Notes under the pieces: model-generated
Databases searched by the model: none
The model's input: only the letters and a program-made list of their open reading frames with translations
Told to the model about the DNA's origin: nothing
Program-made: the position numbers and the translations under genes
Shown here: one piece after another, positions 39,452 through 48,818 of the stretch
Position numbering within the stretch: position 1 is the stretch's first letter
Layout: every line of letters begins with the position of its first letter
Assembly: GCA_963769025.1 (NCBI GenBank)
Contig: CAVYKI010000006.1
Span: 631,986-695,985, forward strand
Direction: 5' to 3'
Source: an uncultured Verrucomicrobiae bacterium
GTDB lineage: Bacteria > Verrucomicrobiota > Verrucomicrobiia > Chthoniobacterales > Chthoniobacteraceae
DNA length: 64,000 nt

Positions 39452-40168
39452 CTACAGTTCCAGCGACCGGAGCAGCTCCTTGTCCACCCTGCCGGTGACC
39501 TCCAGATTGTTCTCTTCCTGATAGGCGCGGATGGCAGTGCGGGTGTTCGCGCCGATTTCGCCGTCCACCTTGTCCGTGTAGTAACCGAGCTTCTTGAGCT
39601 TGCGCTGCACCAGGCCGACGATGGAATCGGAAGTCGTTTCCCTCGTCGAATACACGACCCGCGGCGCAACCGGCTCCGGCGGATGCGGCGGGATGATGAG
39701 CGTCAGCGGGTCACGGCGCGGACGCGGCGCGGGAATCGGCGGGCGCGGCTCAGGACCCGGGCCGGGATCGAATTGAGGACCGGGACGAATGGTGATCCCA
39801 AGCCCGCCGGGCCCTTGGATCGTCGCCGAGGGTCCGCCGGGGCGCTGAGGGGCCGTAGGTCCGCCGGGACGTTGCGTCGTCGTCGGGCCGCTGGGACGCT
39901 GCTGCGTCGGCGGGCCGCTTGGCCTTTGCGGGGCGGCCGGCGCGGACGGTGCCGCTGGCGCTGCTTGTCCTTGCCCCGGTGCCTGGCCTCGGCCTTGCGG
40001 CGCGGTTGGCGGCTGTCCTCCGGGTGCCTGACCCCGGCCCCGCGGTGCTTCCCCTTGGTTTCCCGGGCCGCCCGGGCCTCCCGGAGGCGGCTGGGCAAAA
40101 GAGAGGTTCGCGAGCGACACGGCTGCCAGACAGGAAGCCACACGGGTGAGGGCAAATTTGCGTTTCAT
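39452..40168 (-). CDS. Secreted Pro/Gly-rich protein with C-terminal peptidoglycan-binding domain
   Basis: VQRKLKKLGYY...VDGEIGANTRTAIRAYQ..NNLEVTG. Confidence 0.85.
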   Translation of the reverse strand: MKRKFALTRVASCLAAVSLANLSFAQPPPGGPGGPGNQGEAPRGRGQAPGGQPPTAPQGRGQAPGQGQAAPAAPSAPAAPQRPSGPPTQQRPSGPTTTQRPGGPTAPQRPGGPSATIQGPGGLGITIRPGPQFDPGPGPEPRPPIPAPRPRRDPLTLIIPPHPPEPVAPRVVYSTRETTSDSIVGLVQRKLKKLGYYTDKVDGEIGANTRTAIRAYQEENNLEVTGRVDKELLRSLEL

Positions 40169-40265
40169 GGCTGGAGCATAACACCATCGGACTGAACGGC
40201 AAACTTTCGATGCCGACCATTTTGAAAGAACGAACGCGCGCTCCCGCCGCCCGCCTCGGGCGCGG

Positions 40266-40820
40266 CTACTTTTTCGCCAGCGCGTCTTCGATTGCCTTCA
40301 CGAGCTTCGGGTCTTCGGGCTTCACGCCCGGCTCGAAGCGGGCGATGACGTTGCCATCGGAGCCGATGAGGAATTTCCCGAAGTTCCACTTCACATCACC
40401 GGGGAAGGCCGAGCCCGGGCCGGTGAGCTCCTTGTAAAGCGGATGCTGCTCGGGACCCTTCACGTGGAGCTTGTCCATCATCGGGAAAGTCACCGCATAC
40501 TTCGAGGAGCAGAACTCCTTGATCTCCGCATTCGTGCCGGGCTCCTGCGAGCCGAAGTCGTTGCACGGAAACCCCACGATCACGAAGCCCTTGTCCTTCA
40601 GCTTGTCCTGCAGCGACTGGAGGCCGGTGTACTGCTTCGTGTTGCCGCAGCGGCTCGCGACATTCACCGCGAGCACGACCTTGCCGGCAAACGCCTTGAG
40701 CGAAGTCTCCTTGCCGTCGATGTCCTTGAGCGGGATCGACTGGAGCTTCGATTCCCCCGCGAGCAGCGATGCGCTGAGGGTGAAGGTGGCGGTGAGCGTG
40801 AGGAGGGATGTGAGCTTCAT
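40266..40820 (-). CDS. Glutathione peroxidase family protein
   Basis: VNVASRCG, GFPCNDFGSQEPG and KWNFGKFLI. Confidence 0.93.
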   Translation of the reverse strand: MKLTSLLTLTATFTLSASLLAGESKLQSIPLKDIDGKETSLKAFAGKVVLAVNVASRCGNTKQYTGLQSLQDKLKDKGFVIVGFPCNDFGSQEPGTNAEIKEFCSSKYAVTFPMMDKLHVKGPEQHPLYKELTGPGSAFPGDVKWNFGKFLIGSDGNVIARFEPGVKPEDPKLVKAIEDALAKK

Positions 40821-41006
40821 GGTCTGTGGGAAGACCTGAAGCGCCCGATTCTTAGATGCGTCGCGCTCGCTCAACGACCCCACAAAGGCCGTCGCCGCCG
40901 ATCGGGCCGCGCAAGGCATCACCGCAAATCGCATCGCCCCCGGCCCCATTCTTCACCGACGCAAACCGCCACTGGATCCGCGAGCCGTGATCCGCTGAGA
41001 CCGTCA

Positions 41007-41816
41007 CTATCGAGAACGCCTAGTTTTGCCCGGGTTTGAGCTTGATGGCTTTCGCCTGTCGCCGTCTAAATTCGTGCGTCCGGTCTTCGGGGTTGCTTTT
41101 AAAACTTGGAATTCGGCCAATGCGGGAGCTTCGACTACGCTGATTTTTTCAGGATCGTTCCACGGGCCAGTCGCATCTACCTCCCCGTCATCGCCGGTTC
41201 CGGTTGAGTCATTGTAGTATTGGTCGACAATGCCTGGCGTCGGGGGAATCATTCCAATTGAGAGAGGCGGTTTTCCCAAGCTATCGAGAGCCTGCATGAA
41301 AGCTCGCATGTGCGTAATCTCGCGCGTCATCAGGAATTGCAGGGCCTCCTTTGTTCCGGGATCGTCGCAAAAATTGATCAACCGCTCGTAAACAATCTTT
41401 GCGCGCGCTTCTGCGGCGATGTTGCTTCGCAAATCCACGTCGAGCTCACCAGTGACTTTGAGGTAGTCCGCCGTCCATGCGTTGCCCATCGAGTTACAAA
41501 GAGCAACGCCACCGCCCCCCGCAATGGCAATGAGGGGATCGTGCTCGGCTGCCTCGGCGTCCTTTTTCATCGGTTTCAGGTGCATGCGTGCAAGGGTGCC
41601 GATAATCTCAAGGTGACTCAGTTCTTCGGTGCCGATATCCATGAGCAGATCCTTGCAGGCCATGTCCTCGCAGTTGATTCCTTGGATTGAATACTGCATG
41701 GCAGCGGCAAGCTCACCATTGGCTCCTCCGAATTGCTCAAGCAGCATATTGCCGAAGCGCGGATCGGGTTGGCCGACCCGGACAGTGAACATGAGTTTCT
41801 TGATGTGGTGATACAT
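41007..41816 (-). CDS. Manganese catalase family protein
   Basis: EQFGGANGELAAAMQY, DIGTEELSHLE, NIAAEARA and REITH. Confidence 0.93.
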   Translation of the reverse strand: MYHHIKKLMFTVRVGQPDPRFGNMLLEQFGGANGELAAAMQYSIQGINCEDMACKDLLMDIGTEELSHLEIIGTLARMHLKPMKKDAEAAEHDPLIAIAGGGGVALCNSMGNAWTADYLKVTGELDVDLRSNIAAEARAKIVYERLINFCDDPGTKEALQFLMTREITHMRAFMQALDSLGKPPLSIGMIPPTPGIVDQYYNDSTGTGDDGEVDATGPWNDPEKISVVEAPALAEFQVLKATPKTGRTNLDGDRRKPSSSNPGKTRRSR

Positions 41817-41917
41817 GAATGAGACGGGTTGAGTTTGGAATGGTTCCGGGAGTTGGGAGTGAATCGCCCGCGCTCGCCGCGTCGGTCGTGGGAACTTTGA
41901 TGTTTCGGTATGAACTG

Positions 41918-42130
41918 CTAGAGCCTGTCGTGCACTTTGACGGAAGAGGAATTGAGCATGAGAGAGGCGAAAGCCAGCCAATGCAGGCCGGCGAGCGAAG
42001 AGGCGAGTCGTTCATAGTCGCGGGCAAGGCGACGAAAGCGTGCCGCCCAGGCAAACGATCGCTCGGATCCCGCGCGCCGTGCCAACAGGACAAAACCACG
42101 TTTGATTTCCTGGAGTCTGATGACTTCCAA
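41918..42130 (-). pseudogene. IS5-family (IS1031-like) transposase C-terminal remnant with terminal IR
   Basis: KRGFVLLARR...ERSFAWAARFRRLARDYERL; ends at CTA|GAGCCTGT. Confidence 0.8.
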
Positions 42131-42174
42131 TCCGGTACCGCATAACCGAAGCAGCAGAGAAATCCGCGGAATGC

Positions 42175-42516
42175 TTGGAACGCAGGAACACCAATGCGCC
42201 TAATGTGACGCGGGCGGATTCGCCGGGGCCGGGAGGCTCGGGGAGGCCGGGCGGTGAATCGCGCCGGCGGATTCTCGTCGCGCTGGCGGATGGCAAGTTT
42301 CACATCGCGCGGGGTCTCAGCGGCACGCAGCCGAAGCACTACGACAGCAATCGGAAACATCTCGACGTGCTGGTGAAGGCCGGCCTGGTCGTGGCGGAGC
42401 CCGATCCGGCCGACCAGCGGCGGCAGCACTACAAACTCGCGCCTTCGGTGCTCGTGGCCGAGACGCCGGAGGGGCGCCGGACGATGGATTTCGGCTACTG
42501 CATGGTGCGCTGCTAG
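42175..42516 (+). CDS. Winged-helix (ArsR/MarR-like) protein, probably 5'-truncated
   Basis: RRRILVALADG...KHLDVLVKAGLV...DPADQRRQHYKL...DFGYCMVR. Confidence 0.55.
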   Translation: MERRNTNAPNVTRADSPGPGGSGRPGGESRRRILVALADGKFHIARGLSGTQPKHYDSNRKHLDVLVKAGLVVAEPDPADQRRQHYKLAPSVLVAETPEGRRTMDFGYCMVRC

Positions 42517-42761
42517 GAGCGTGTTGGAAAAGTCGGGTCCCGAGGATGTCTCAAGAACGCAGGAACTGCGGAAGGGCGCAGGCAAATGCGCTTCGGTTTC
42601 CTCGCTTCCCGCCTTCTGAAGATCCATTTTCCACATACTCCAAAAAGCGCGCCCGGGACGCGGTGTCACGCGGGCAATCCTGCCCGCGCACAAGAGACGC
42701 GGAGAGGATCGCTCCGCGTTGCGCCGCGCGCCACCTTTCAGCCATGCGTCCACGATGCCGC

Positions 42762-43571
42762 CTACCTGCCGCCGGCGGCCTGGTAGATCTCCATGGCCTT
42801 GGGGAGTTCCTTTTTCAGCCGGTCGATGCGCGTCTCGTGCGCGGGGTGCGTGCTGAGGAATTGCGGAGGCGCGCCTTTCCCCGCCTGCGCGGTCATGCGC
42901 TGCCAGAAGCGGACGGCTTCGCGCGGGTCGTAGCCGGCGCGGGCCATGTAGCGGAGGCCCACCGTGTCGGCCTCGGTCTCGTGGTCGCGGCTGAACGGGA
43001 GGACGAAGGCGATGTCCGTGCCCGCACCGATGAGGCCCATGATCTGGCGGCGCTGGTAGTAGTCCATGTCGCCGAGGGAAAAGTTCACGCCGGTGAGGAG
43101 GGTGTTTTTCGACTGCTGCTGGAGGACGCGCTCCGCGCCGTGGTGCAGCGTGGCGTGGGCGAGTTCGTGGCCCATGACGACGGCGAGGCCGCCCTCGCCC
43201 TGCGCGACGGGAAGGATGCCGGTATAGACGACGATTTTGCCGCCCGGCAGGCAGAAGGCATTCACCTGATCGCTCTGCACGAGCGAGACGGCCCACTGGA
43301 AGTCCTTCCCCGCGTCGCCGGTGGCGGCCGCGATCCGCTCCGCGCAGCGCTTCACCATTTCAAAATCACGCCCGCTCGTGATGGTGCGGCTCTTGGAGAG
43401 CACTTCCCGGTAGGCCTGCGCGCCGAGCGCCGTTTCCTGCTGCGCACTGAGGCCGAGGCGGACGGTGCGGCCCGCGTCGTTGACGATTTTCTCCGCCGTG
43501 CAGCGCTGGAAAAAGACGACCAGCACGGCGATGAGGATGGGAACGACGCGGATGAGGATGCGGCCTTTCAC
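42762..43571 (-). CDS. M48 family metallopeptidase
   Basis: NAFCLPGG, GHELAH, SRDHETEAD and FLSTHP. Confidence 0.92.
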   Translation of the reverse strand: MKGRILIRVVPILIAVLVVFFQRCTAEKIVNDAGRTVRLGLSAQQETALGAQAYREVLSKSRTITSGRDFEMVKRCAERIAAATGDAGKDFQWAVSLVQSDQVNAFCLPGGKIVVYTGILPVAQGEGGLAVVMGHELAHATLHHGAERVLQQQSKNTLLTGVNFSLGDMDYYQRRQIMGLIGAGTDIAFVLPFSRDHETEADTVGLRYMARAGYDPREAVRFWQRMTAQAGKGAPPQFLSTHPAHETRIDRLKKELPKAMEIYQAAGGR

Positions 43572-43920
43572 GAAGTGCGAAGGAAACGGAGGCACCCTCC
43601 GGGCGCAAATACATTCCGGGTGCGCGCATGAATGGAGCATTCAGGCGCCACCCTGAGGGCCCCCGCAAAAATCCGAAATGCAGACGCGCGGCGGTGAGGC
43701 AGCGCGGGAGCCGGCCGCATGGTGTCATTGTAATGACGTTTTTCTGGAAATTCCTTTGACGGCCCTCGTTTGCGTAACTAGATGTCGCGCCCTCATTTTC
43801 ATGTCACATGAATCCCGGCGCGCCTTTCCTCACTCTCCGACCCGTTTGCGGGTCGCGGTGCGCCGGTTTCTCCACTCGCAATGGCGGTAACCCCGTCCCT
43901 GCCCAACTCTCCGAAGCGCG

Positions 43921-44967
43921 ATGCTTAATGGCTTTCTCGGTATTTTCTCGAACGACATCGGAATAGATCTCGGAACGGCGAACACGCTCGTCTACGTCAA
44001 GGATCACGGCATCGTCCTGCGCGAACCCTCCGTCGTGGCCGTGCAGGCCGGGACGAACAAGGTGCTCGCCGTCGGAGACGAGGCCAAGCGGATGCTCGGG
44101 CGCACACCGGGAAACATTGTCGCGATTCGACCTTTGAAGGACGGCGTCATCGCGGATTTCGAAGTCACCGAGGCGATGCTGCGGCACTTCATCCAGAAGG
44201 TCCACGGCAAGCGCACTCTTTTCAAACCACGCCCGCGCGTTGTCATCGCGGTGCCCTCGGGCATCACGGAGGTCGAGAAACGCGCGGTGAAAGAATCGGC
44301 CCTGCACGCGGGTGCGCGGGAAGTCTACCTCATCGAGGAGCCCATGGCCGCGGCCATCGGCTGCGGACTTCCGGTGCAGGACGCGGCGGGCAACATGATC
44401 ATCGACATCGGCGGTGGCACCACCGAGGTGGCGTTGATCTCACTCTCCGGCATTGTCTTCAGCCGGAGTGTGCGCGTCGCGGGCGATGAGCTCGACGAGG
44501 CGATTATCCAGTACATGAAGCGGGCCTATAACCTGATGATCGGCGAACGCACAGCCGAGGACATCAAGATCAAGATCGGGAGCGCCTATCCGATCGAGAA
44601 GGAAACCACCATGGAGGTCAAGGGACGCGACCTCGTGGCGGGCCTGCCGAAGACGCTGAGCGTGACTTCCCAGGAAGTCCGCGAGGCACTGCTGGAGCCG
44701 ATTTCCACGATCGTGGATAATGTTCGCGTGACCCTGGAGCGATGCCCTCCCGAGCTGAGCGCCGACCTCGTTGACCGAGGCCTGGTGCTCGCCGGCGGCG
44801 GCGCGCTCCTGCGCGGGCTGGACCGCCTCCTCTCCGAGGAGACCGGGCTGCCCGTGCATGTCGCGGAGGATCCGCTCAGCGCGGTGGCCGAAGGGACCGG
44901 CCGCGCATTGAGCGAGATGAAATTCCTCCGGCAGGTCACCGCGACGGATCGGCAGTGGCGGAACTGA
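43921..44967 (+). CDS. mreB: Rod shape-determining protein MreB
   Basis: [25 protein letters not shown] and GGGALL. Confidence 0.97.
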   Translation: MLNGFLGIFSNDIGIDLGTANTLVYVKDHGIVLREPSVVAVQAGTNKVLAVGDEAKRMLGRTPGNIVAIRPLKDGVIADFEVTEAMLRHFIQKVHGKRTLFKPRPRVVIAVPSGITEVEKRAVKESALHAGAREVYLIEEPMAAAIGCGLPVQDAAGNMIIDIGGGTTEVALISLSGIVFSRSVRVAGDELDEAIIQYMKRAYNLMIGERTAEDIKIKIGSAYPIEKETTMEVKGRDLVAGLPKTLSVTSQEVREALLEPISTIVDNVRVTLERCPPELSADLVDRGLVLAGGGALLRGLDRLLSEETGLPVHVAEDPLSAVAEGTGRALSEMKFLRQVTATDRQWRN

Positions 44968-45059
44968 TCCGCTGAACCGGCCCCGATGACCCGCCGCCAA
45001 CAGGCAACCGCGCCAAGAGAACCGCGGAGCCTCAGCGCTTCGTGCAGCCGCGCGAAACG

Positions 45060-45087
45060 TTCCGCATTCCGCATTCCGCGTTCCGCG
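45060..45087 (+). repeat. Heptamer tandem repeat (TTCCGCR)x4
   Basis: ttccgca ttccgca ttccgcg ttccgcg between mreB and mreC. Confidence 0.8.
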
Positions 45088-45107
45088 TTTATCCGGAGGT
45101 GTGCCCT

Positions 45108-45944
45108 GTGAACCGCCGCGCGAATCTCATCGCCGCAGCAGTCTTTGTCGCGATGCTCGTGGGCATCTTCATCCTCAGCCCGCACAACCGCCAGCGGCTG
45201 CAAAGCGCCTTCCTCGGAATCGTGTCGCCGTTTTTGAAAAAGGGATCCGAAGTGGACTCCCGCTGGAAGAGCTACCGCGCCGGGCTGAAGAAGCTCGATG
45301 AACTCGAGGCGGAGGCCCAGCGGCTGAAGGTCGAGAATGACCAGCTCCGCGCGACCAACCAGGCGCTCCGCGGCGTCGAGGCTGAAAACATCCGCATCAA
45401 GTCCGCGCTCGGCTACCAGGGCGGCTCCCCTTTTCAGCTCGTCCCGGCGCACGTCATCGGCCGCAGCCCGTCGAACTGGTGGAACACGGTCGTCATCGAC
45501 AAAGGTTCCGCCGATCTGCTGCAGGAGGAAATGCCGGTCGTCACGCCCGACGGCCTCGTCGGCAAGGTGGTGAGCCTGAGCGAGCATTCGGCGACCGTCC
45601 TGCTCGTGTCGGATGAAAACTGCAAGGTCGCCGGGACCGTTGAGGGCACGAAGGAACAGGGTATTGTGCGGGTGGAGGTGCGCGGCCAGCGCACATCCAC
45701 GAACATCCAGCCGACCATGACGCTCAATTATCTCTCCCGCTACGCACCGCTCCGCGCCGGCCAGAAAGTGTTCACCAGCGGCGCCGGCAGCATCTATCCG
45801 CCGGGCATTCTCATCGGGCAGATCGTCGAGTTCAAATCGCGCGAGCTCGACGGCCAGGCCATCATCGAGCCGTCCGTGGACATCGCCGCGCTCTCGGATG
45901 TCTTCATCATCACCGGCACAAAGGGAACCTCCAAGACGCCCTGA
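45108..45944 (+). CDS. mreC: Rod shape-determining protein MreC
   Basis: TM + coiled coil; IDKGS, GLVGKV, TSG.GSIYPPGILIG; synteny. Confidence 0.9.
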   Translation: MNRRANLIAAAVFVAMLVGIFILSPHNRQRLQSAFLGIVSPFLKKGSEVDSRWKSYRAGLKKLDELEAEAQRLKVENDQLRATNQALRGVEAENIRIKSALGYQGGSPFQLVPAHVIGRSPSNWWNTVVIDKGSADLLQEEMPVVTPDGLVGKVVSLSEHSATVLLVSDENCKVAGTVEGTKEQGIVRVEVRGQRTSTNIQPTMTLNYLSRYAPLRAGQKVFTSGAGSIYPPGILIGQIVEFKSRELDGQAIIEPSVDIAALSDVFIITGTKGTSKTP

Positions 45945-45947
45945 GCA

Positions 45948-46487
45948 ATGGTCACCATCTCCTTTATCGTCGCCATGTTCGCCGGGCTGATCCTCCAGCA
46001 CTTCGTCGGCGTCGTGCCCGGCTTCGGCAGCCAGATTCTGCTGCTGCCGGTGATTTTCCTGTGCGGGGCCGCGGCACTTCCCGTCCCGGGAATGCTCTGC
46101 CTCGCCTTCGTCGCCGGGCTCATGTGGGACTCGTTGAATTTCATTCCCGTCGAGGGACGCGTGGATTTTCCATTCGGCGGGACGATCCTGCTCTACGCCG
46201 GGATCGGCGCGATGATGAATGGCCTGCGTCCGCTCTTCCTCCGCGGCTGGTGGCCGCTTCACGCCGCCGTCGCCGGGATTCTCACCGCGGTCCTCGTGCT
46301 GGTGGAATTCCTCATCATCACATTCCGCCGCGAGCCATTCGCCCTCATCTGGCCGCGCGAGATCTGGCAGCGCGTCGGCGGCAGCGGGCTGGTGGCCGGA
46401 GTCCTGGCGGTGCCGCTTTTCATGGCCCTGAACTGGCTGGGCCGCCGCTCCGGGCTGTTTGACCCACGGAGGCGCGTCTCGCTCTGA
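45948..46487 (+). CDS. mreD: MreD-like membrane protein
   Basis: Five hydrophobic segments; located between mreC and mrdA. Confidence 0.7.
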   Translation: MVTISFIVAMFAGLILQHFVGVVPGFGSQILLLPVIFLCGAAALPVPGMLCLAFVAGLMWDSLNFIPVEGRVDFPFGGTILLYAGIGAMMNGLRPLFLRGWWPLHAAVAGILTAVLVLVEFLIITFRREPFALIWPREIWQRVGGSGLVAGVLAVPLFMALNWLGRRSGLFDPRRRVSL

Positions 46488-46489
46488 CC

Positions 46490-48796
46490 ATGAAAGCGCC
46501 ACGCCAGACTCCCAAGCTGAGTTCGCTCTCGAGTTCCACGATCCGCATCTACGTGCTCGCGTCCTTCATGCTCGGGATGCTCGGCGTGCTCTCGGCAAAG
46601 CTCTGGCACGAGCAGATCGGCAACGCGAAAAAATGGACCGACCGCGTCCGGAAAAGCTCCTCGGTCACCGTCCGCATTCCCAGCGTGCGCGGGGAAATCC
46701 GCGACCGCAACGGCATCACGCTCGTGGCGAACCGGTCGAGCTATTGCGTGGATTTCTACCTGCCGCAGATGGTGGAGGGCTTCCGCGAGTTCAACGACGG
46801 CAAGGTGCCCGTCTCGAGTTACCGCACAATGCGCGACGGGATGCTCAAGGACGTAAACACGGCGGACATCGTGGAAATCGTGAACCAGACAGTCATCCCG
46901 CGGTTCGAGGAGCTGAAGCTCGCGCGCGACTACAACGCCGGGCAGCTCGAACGCCACTACCGCACGAACGACCAGGTGCCGTACAGTTATCTCGACGACG
47001 CGGACTTCAACACCATCGCCAAAGTTTCCGAAAACGACATGGGCGTGCCGGGCGTGGAAATCTCGCTCCGCCCGGTGCGGCAATACCTCTACGGCTCCCT
47101 CGCGGCGCACATCCTCGGCTATGTCGGCGCACCCGAGGACATCAACAAGATGCCCGACATCAATCAATTCACCTACTACCAGCCCGAGGTGCAGGGACGC
47201 TCGAACGTCGAGCAGGCCTTCGACACCTATCTCCGCGGCAAGCCCGGCAAACGCGTGCTGGAACGCAGCGCGAAGAACAAGGTCGGCGCGGAACTTTCGC
47301 GCGAGGAACCATCGCCGGGGAACAACCTGTACCTGACCGTGGACGCGCGGATTCAGGCCATTGTCGAACAGACGCTCAAGCAGGCCGGAGTCGGACGCGC
47401 CGCCGTCGTGGTCGTGGATCCGCGGAATGGCGACGTGCTCGCGATGGCCAGCGTGCCGAACTACGACCCGAACATCTTCATCCCGAAAATCAGCGAGGAG
47501 GATTTCAACCGACTCGACGACGATGCGACGGACCCGCTCGTGAACCGCGCCGTGCAGGCGTTCGCGCCGGGCTCCACCTACAAGATCGTCTCGGCACTCG
47601 CCGGCCTCCTCGCCGGGCTGGAGCCGGGCCGCACGTACAACTGCGCCGGGGGCGTCACCGTCGGCAACAAGTTCATGAAATGCTGGATCGCGGACAAGGG
47701 CGGCGCACACGGCTCGCTGAACCTCGTCGCCGCGATCAAAAATTCGTGCAACAGCTTCTTCTATCAGTGGGGCCGCGATGCGAAGCTGATCAACTACGAG
47801 AAGGTCGGCGAAGCGCTCGGACTCGGCATGCGATCCGGACTCCCGCTCAGCGGCGAGAGCCCGGGCATCCTGCCGGGCCCCAAATGGCTGGCGCTGCGCG
47901 GCCTTTCCGCCCTCGAAAAATCCTGGGGCCACATCGCGAACACCTCCATCGGCCAAGGTTCCGTCCTTTCCTCCCCGCTGCAGATGGCCATGGTCTGCGC
48001 CACGGTCGCGAATGGCGGCACATCCTACTATCCTCGCCTCGTCTCGCGCATCGTGGATGCCGGCGGCAACGACGTGCGCGACGAGCAGGGAAATCTCGTG
48101 ATCCCCGTGGAGCCGATGGTCCACGCGAGTCTTCCCGCGATGGGCTTCAGCGCCTCGGAAATCGAATCAGTCCGCCAGGGCATGTGGAAGGTCGTGAATG
48201 AGCAGGGCGGCACCGGCTCGAAATCGCGCATCAAGGGCGTCGAGGTCGCCGGCAAGACGGGCACCGCGCAATTCTGGCGCCAGCAAGGCAGGGATCGCAT
48301 CAAGGACAACCACGTCTGGTTCATGTGCTTCGCGCCCTACAAGCAGCCACGGTTCGCAATCGTCGTGATGATTCAAGGCGCCAAGTCCGGCGGTGGCGTC
48401 GCCGCGCCGGTCGCACACAAAATCCTGGCGGAGAGCCTCGCCATCGACGGAGGCTACAACCCGCGCATCGCGTGGATGAACCCGATTCCAGGGCATCTCG
48501 CGCAGATCACGGAGATCACCCTCAAGGACGAGGGCGGCATCGAAATGCTCGTCGCCAATACTTTCAGGGGCACCGACCAGAGACCCGGCGCGCGCACCGC
48601 TTCCATCGACGAGGAAACTGCCGACCACACCGCGGCACCCGATCGATCCTCCGGCGCCCGCGAGCGCAACACCGCAAAGCCCGACGTCCGAGCCGCTGCG
48701 GATGAGCGAGGTCGCGTCGGCCGCGCCCCGGCAAAGCCCACCCTCTGGCAGCGCATTTTCGGCCCCGGAAAATCCAAGACTCCCCCACCCCGGTAA
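46490..48796 (+). CDS. mrdA: Penicillin-binding protein 2 (class B transpeptidase)
   Basis: RGEIRDRNG, PGSTYK (SxxK), SCN (SxN) and KTGTAQ. Confidence 0.92.
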   Translation: MKAPRQTPKLSSLSSSTIRIYVLASFMLGMLGVLSAKLWHEQIGNAKKWTDRVRKSSSVTVRIPSVRGEIRDRNGITLVANRSSYCVDFYLPQMVEGFREFNDGKVPVSSYRTMRDGMLKDVNTADIVEIVNQTVIPRFEELKLARDYNAGQLERHYRTNDQVPYSYLDDADFNTIAKVSENDMGVPGVEISLRPVRQYLYGSLAAHILGYVGAPEDINKMPDINQFTYYQPEVQGRSNVEQAFDTYLRGKPGKRVLERSAKNKVGAELSREEPSPGNNLYLTVDARIQAIVEQTLKQAGVGRAAVVVVDPRNGDVLAMASVPNYDPNIFIPKISEEDFNRLDDDATDPLVNRAVQAFAPGSTYKIVSALAGLLAGLEPGRTYNCAGGVTVGNKFMKCWIADKGGAHGSLNLVAAIKNSCNSFFYQWGRDAKLINYEKVGEALGLGMRSGLPLSGESPGILPGPKWLALRGLSALEKSWGHIANTSIGQGSVLSSPLQMAMVCATVANGGTSYYPRLVSRIVDAGGNDVRDEQGNLVIPVEPMVHASLPAMGFSASEIESVRQGMWKVVNEQGGTGSKSRIKGVEVAGKTGTAQFWRQQGRDRIKDNHVWFMCFAPYKQPRFAIVVMIQGAKSGGGVAAPVAHKILAESLAIDGGYNPRIAWMNPIPGHLAQITEITLKDEGGIEMLVANTFRGTDQRPGARTASIDEETADHTAAPDRSSGARERNTAKPDVRAAADERGRVGRAPAKPTLWQRIFGPGKSKTPPPR

Positions 48797-48818
48797 CCCA
48801 CCAAGACTCAACCCTCCA

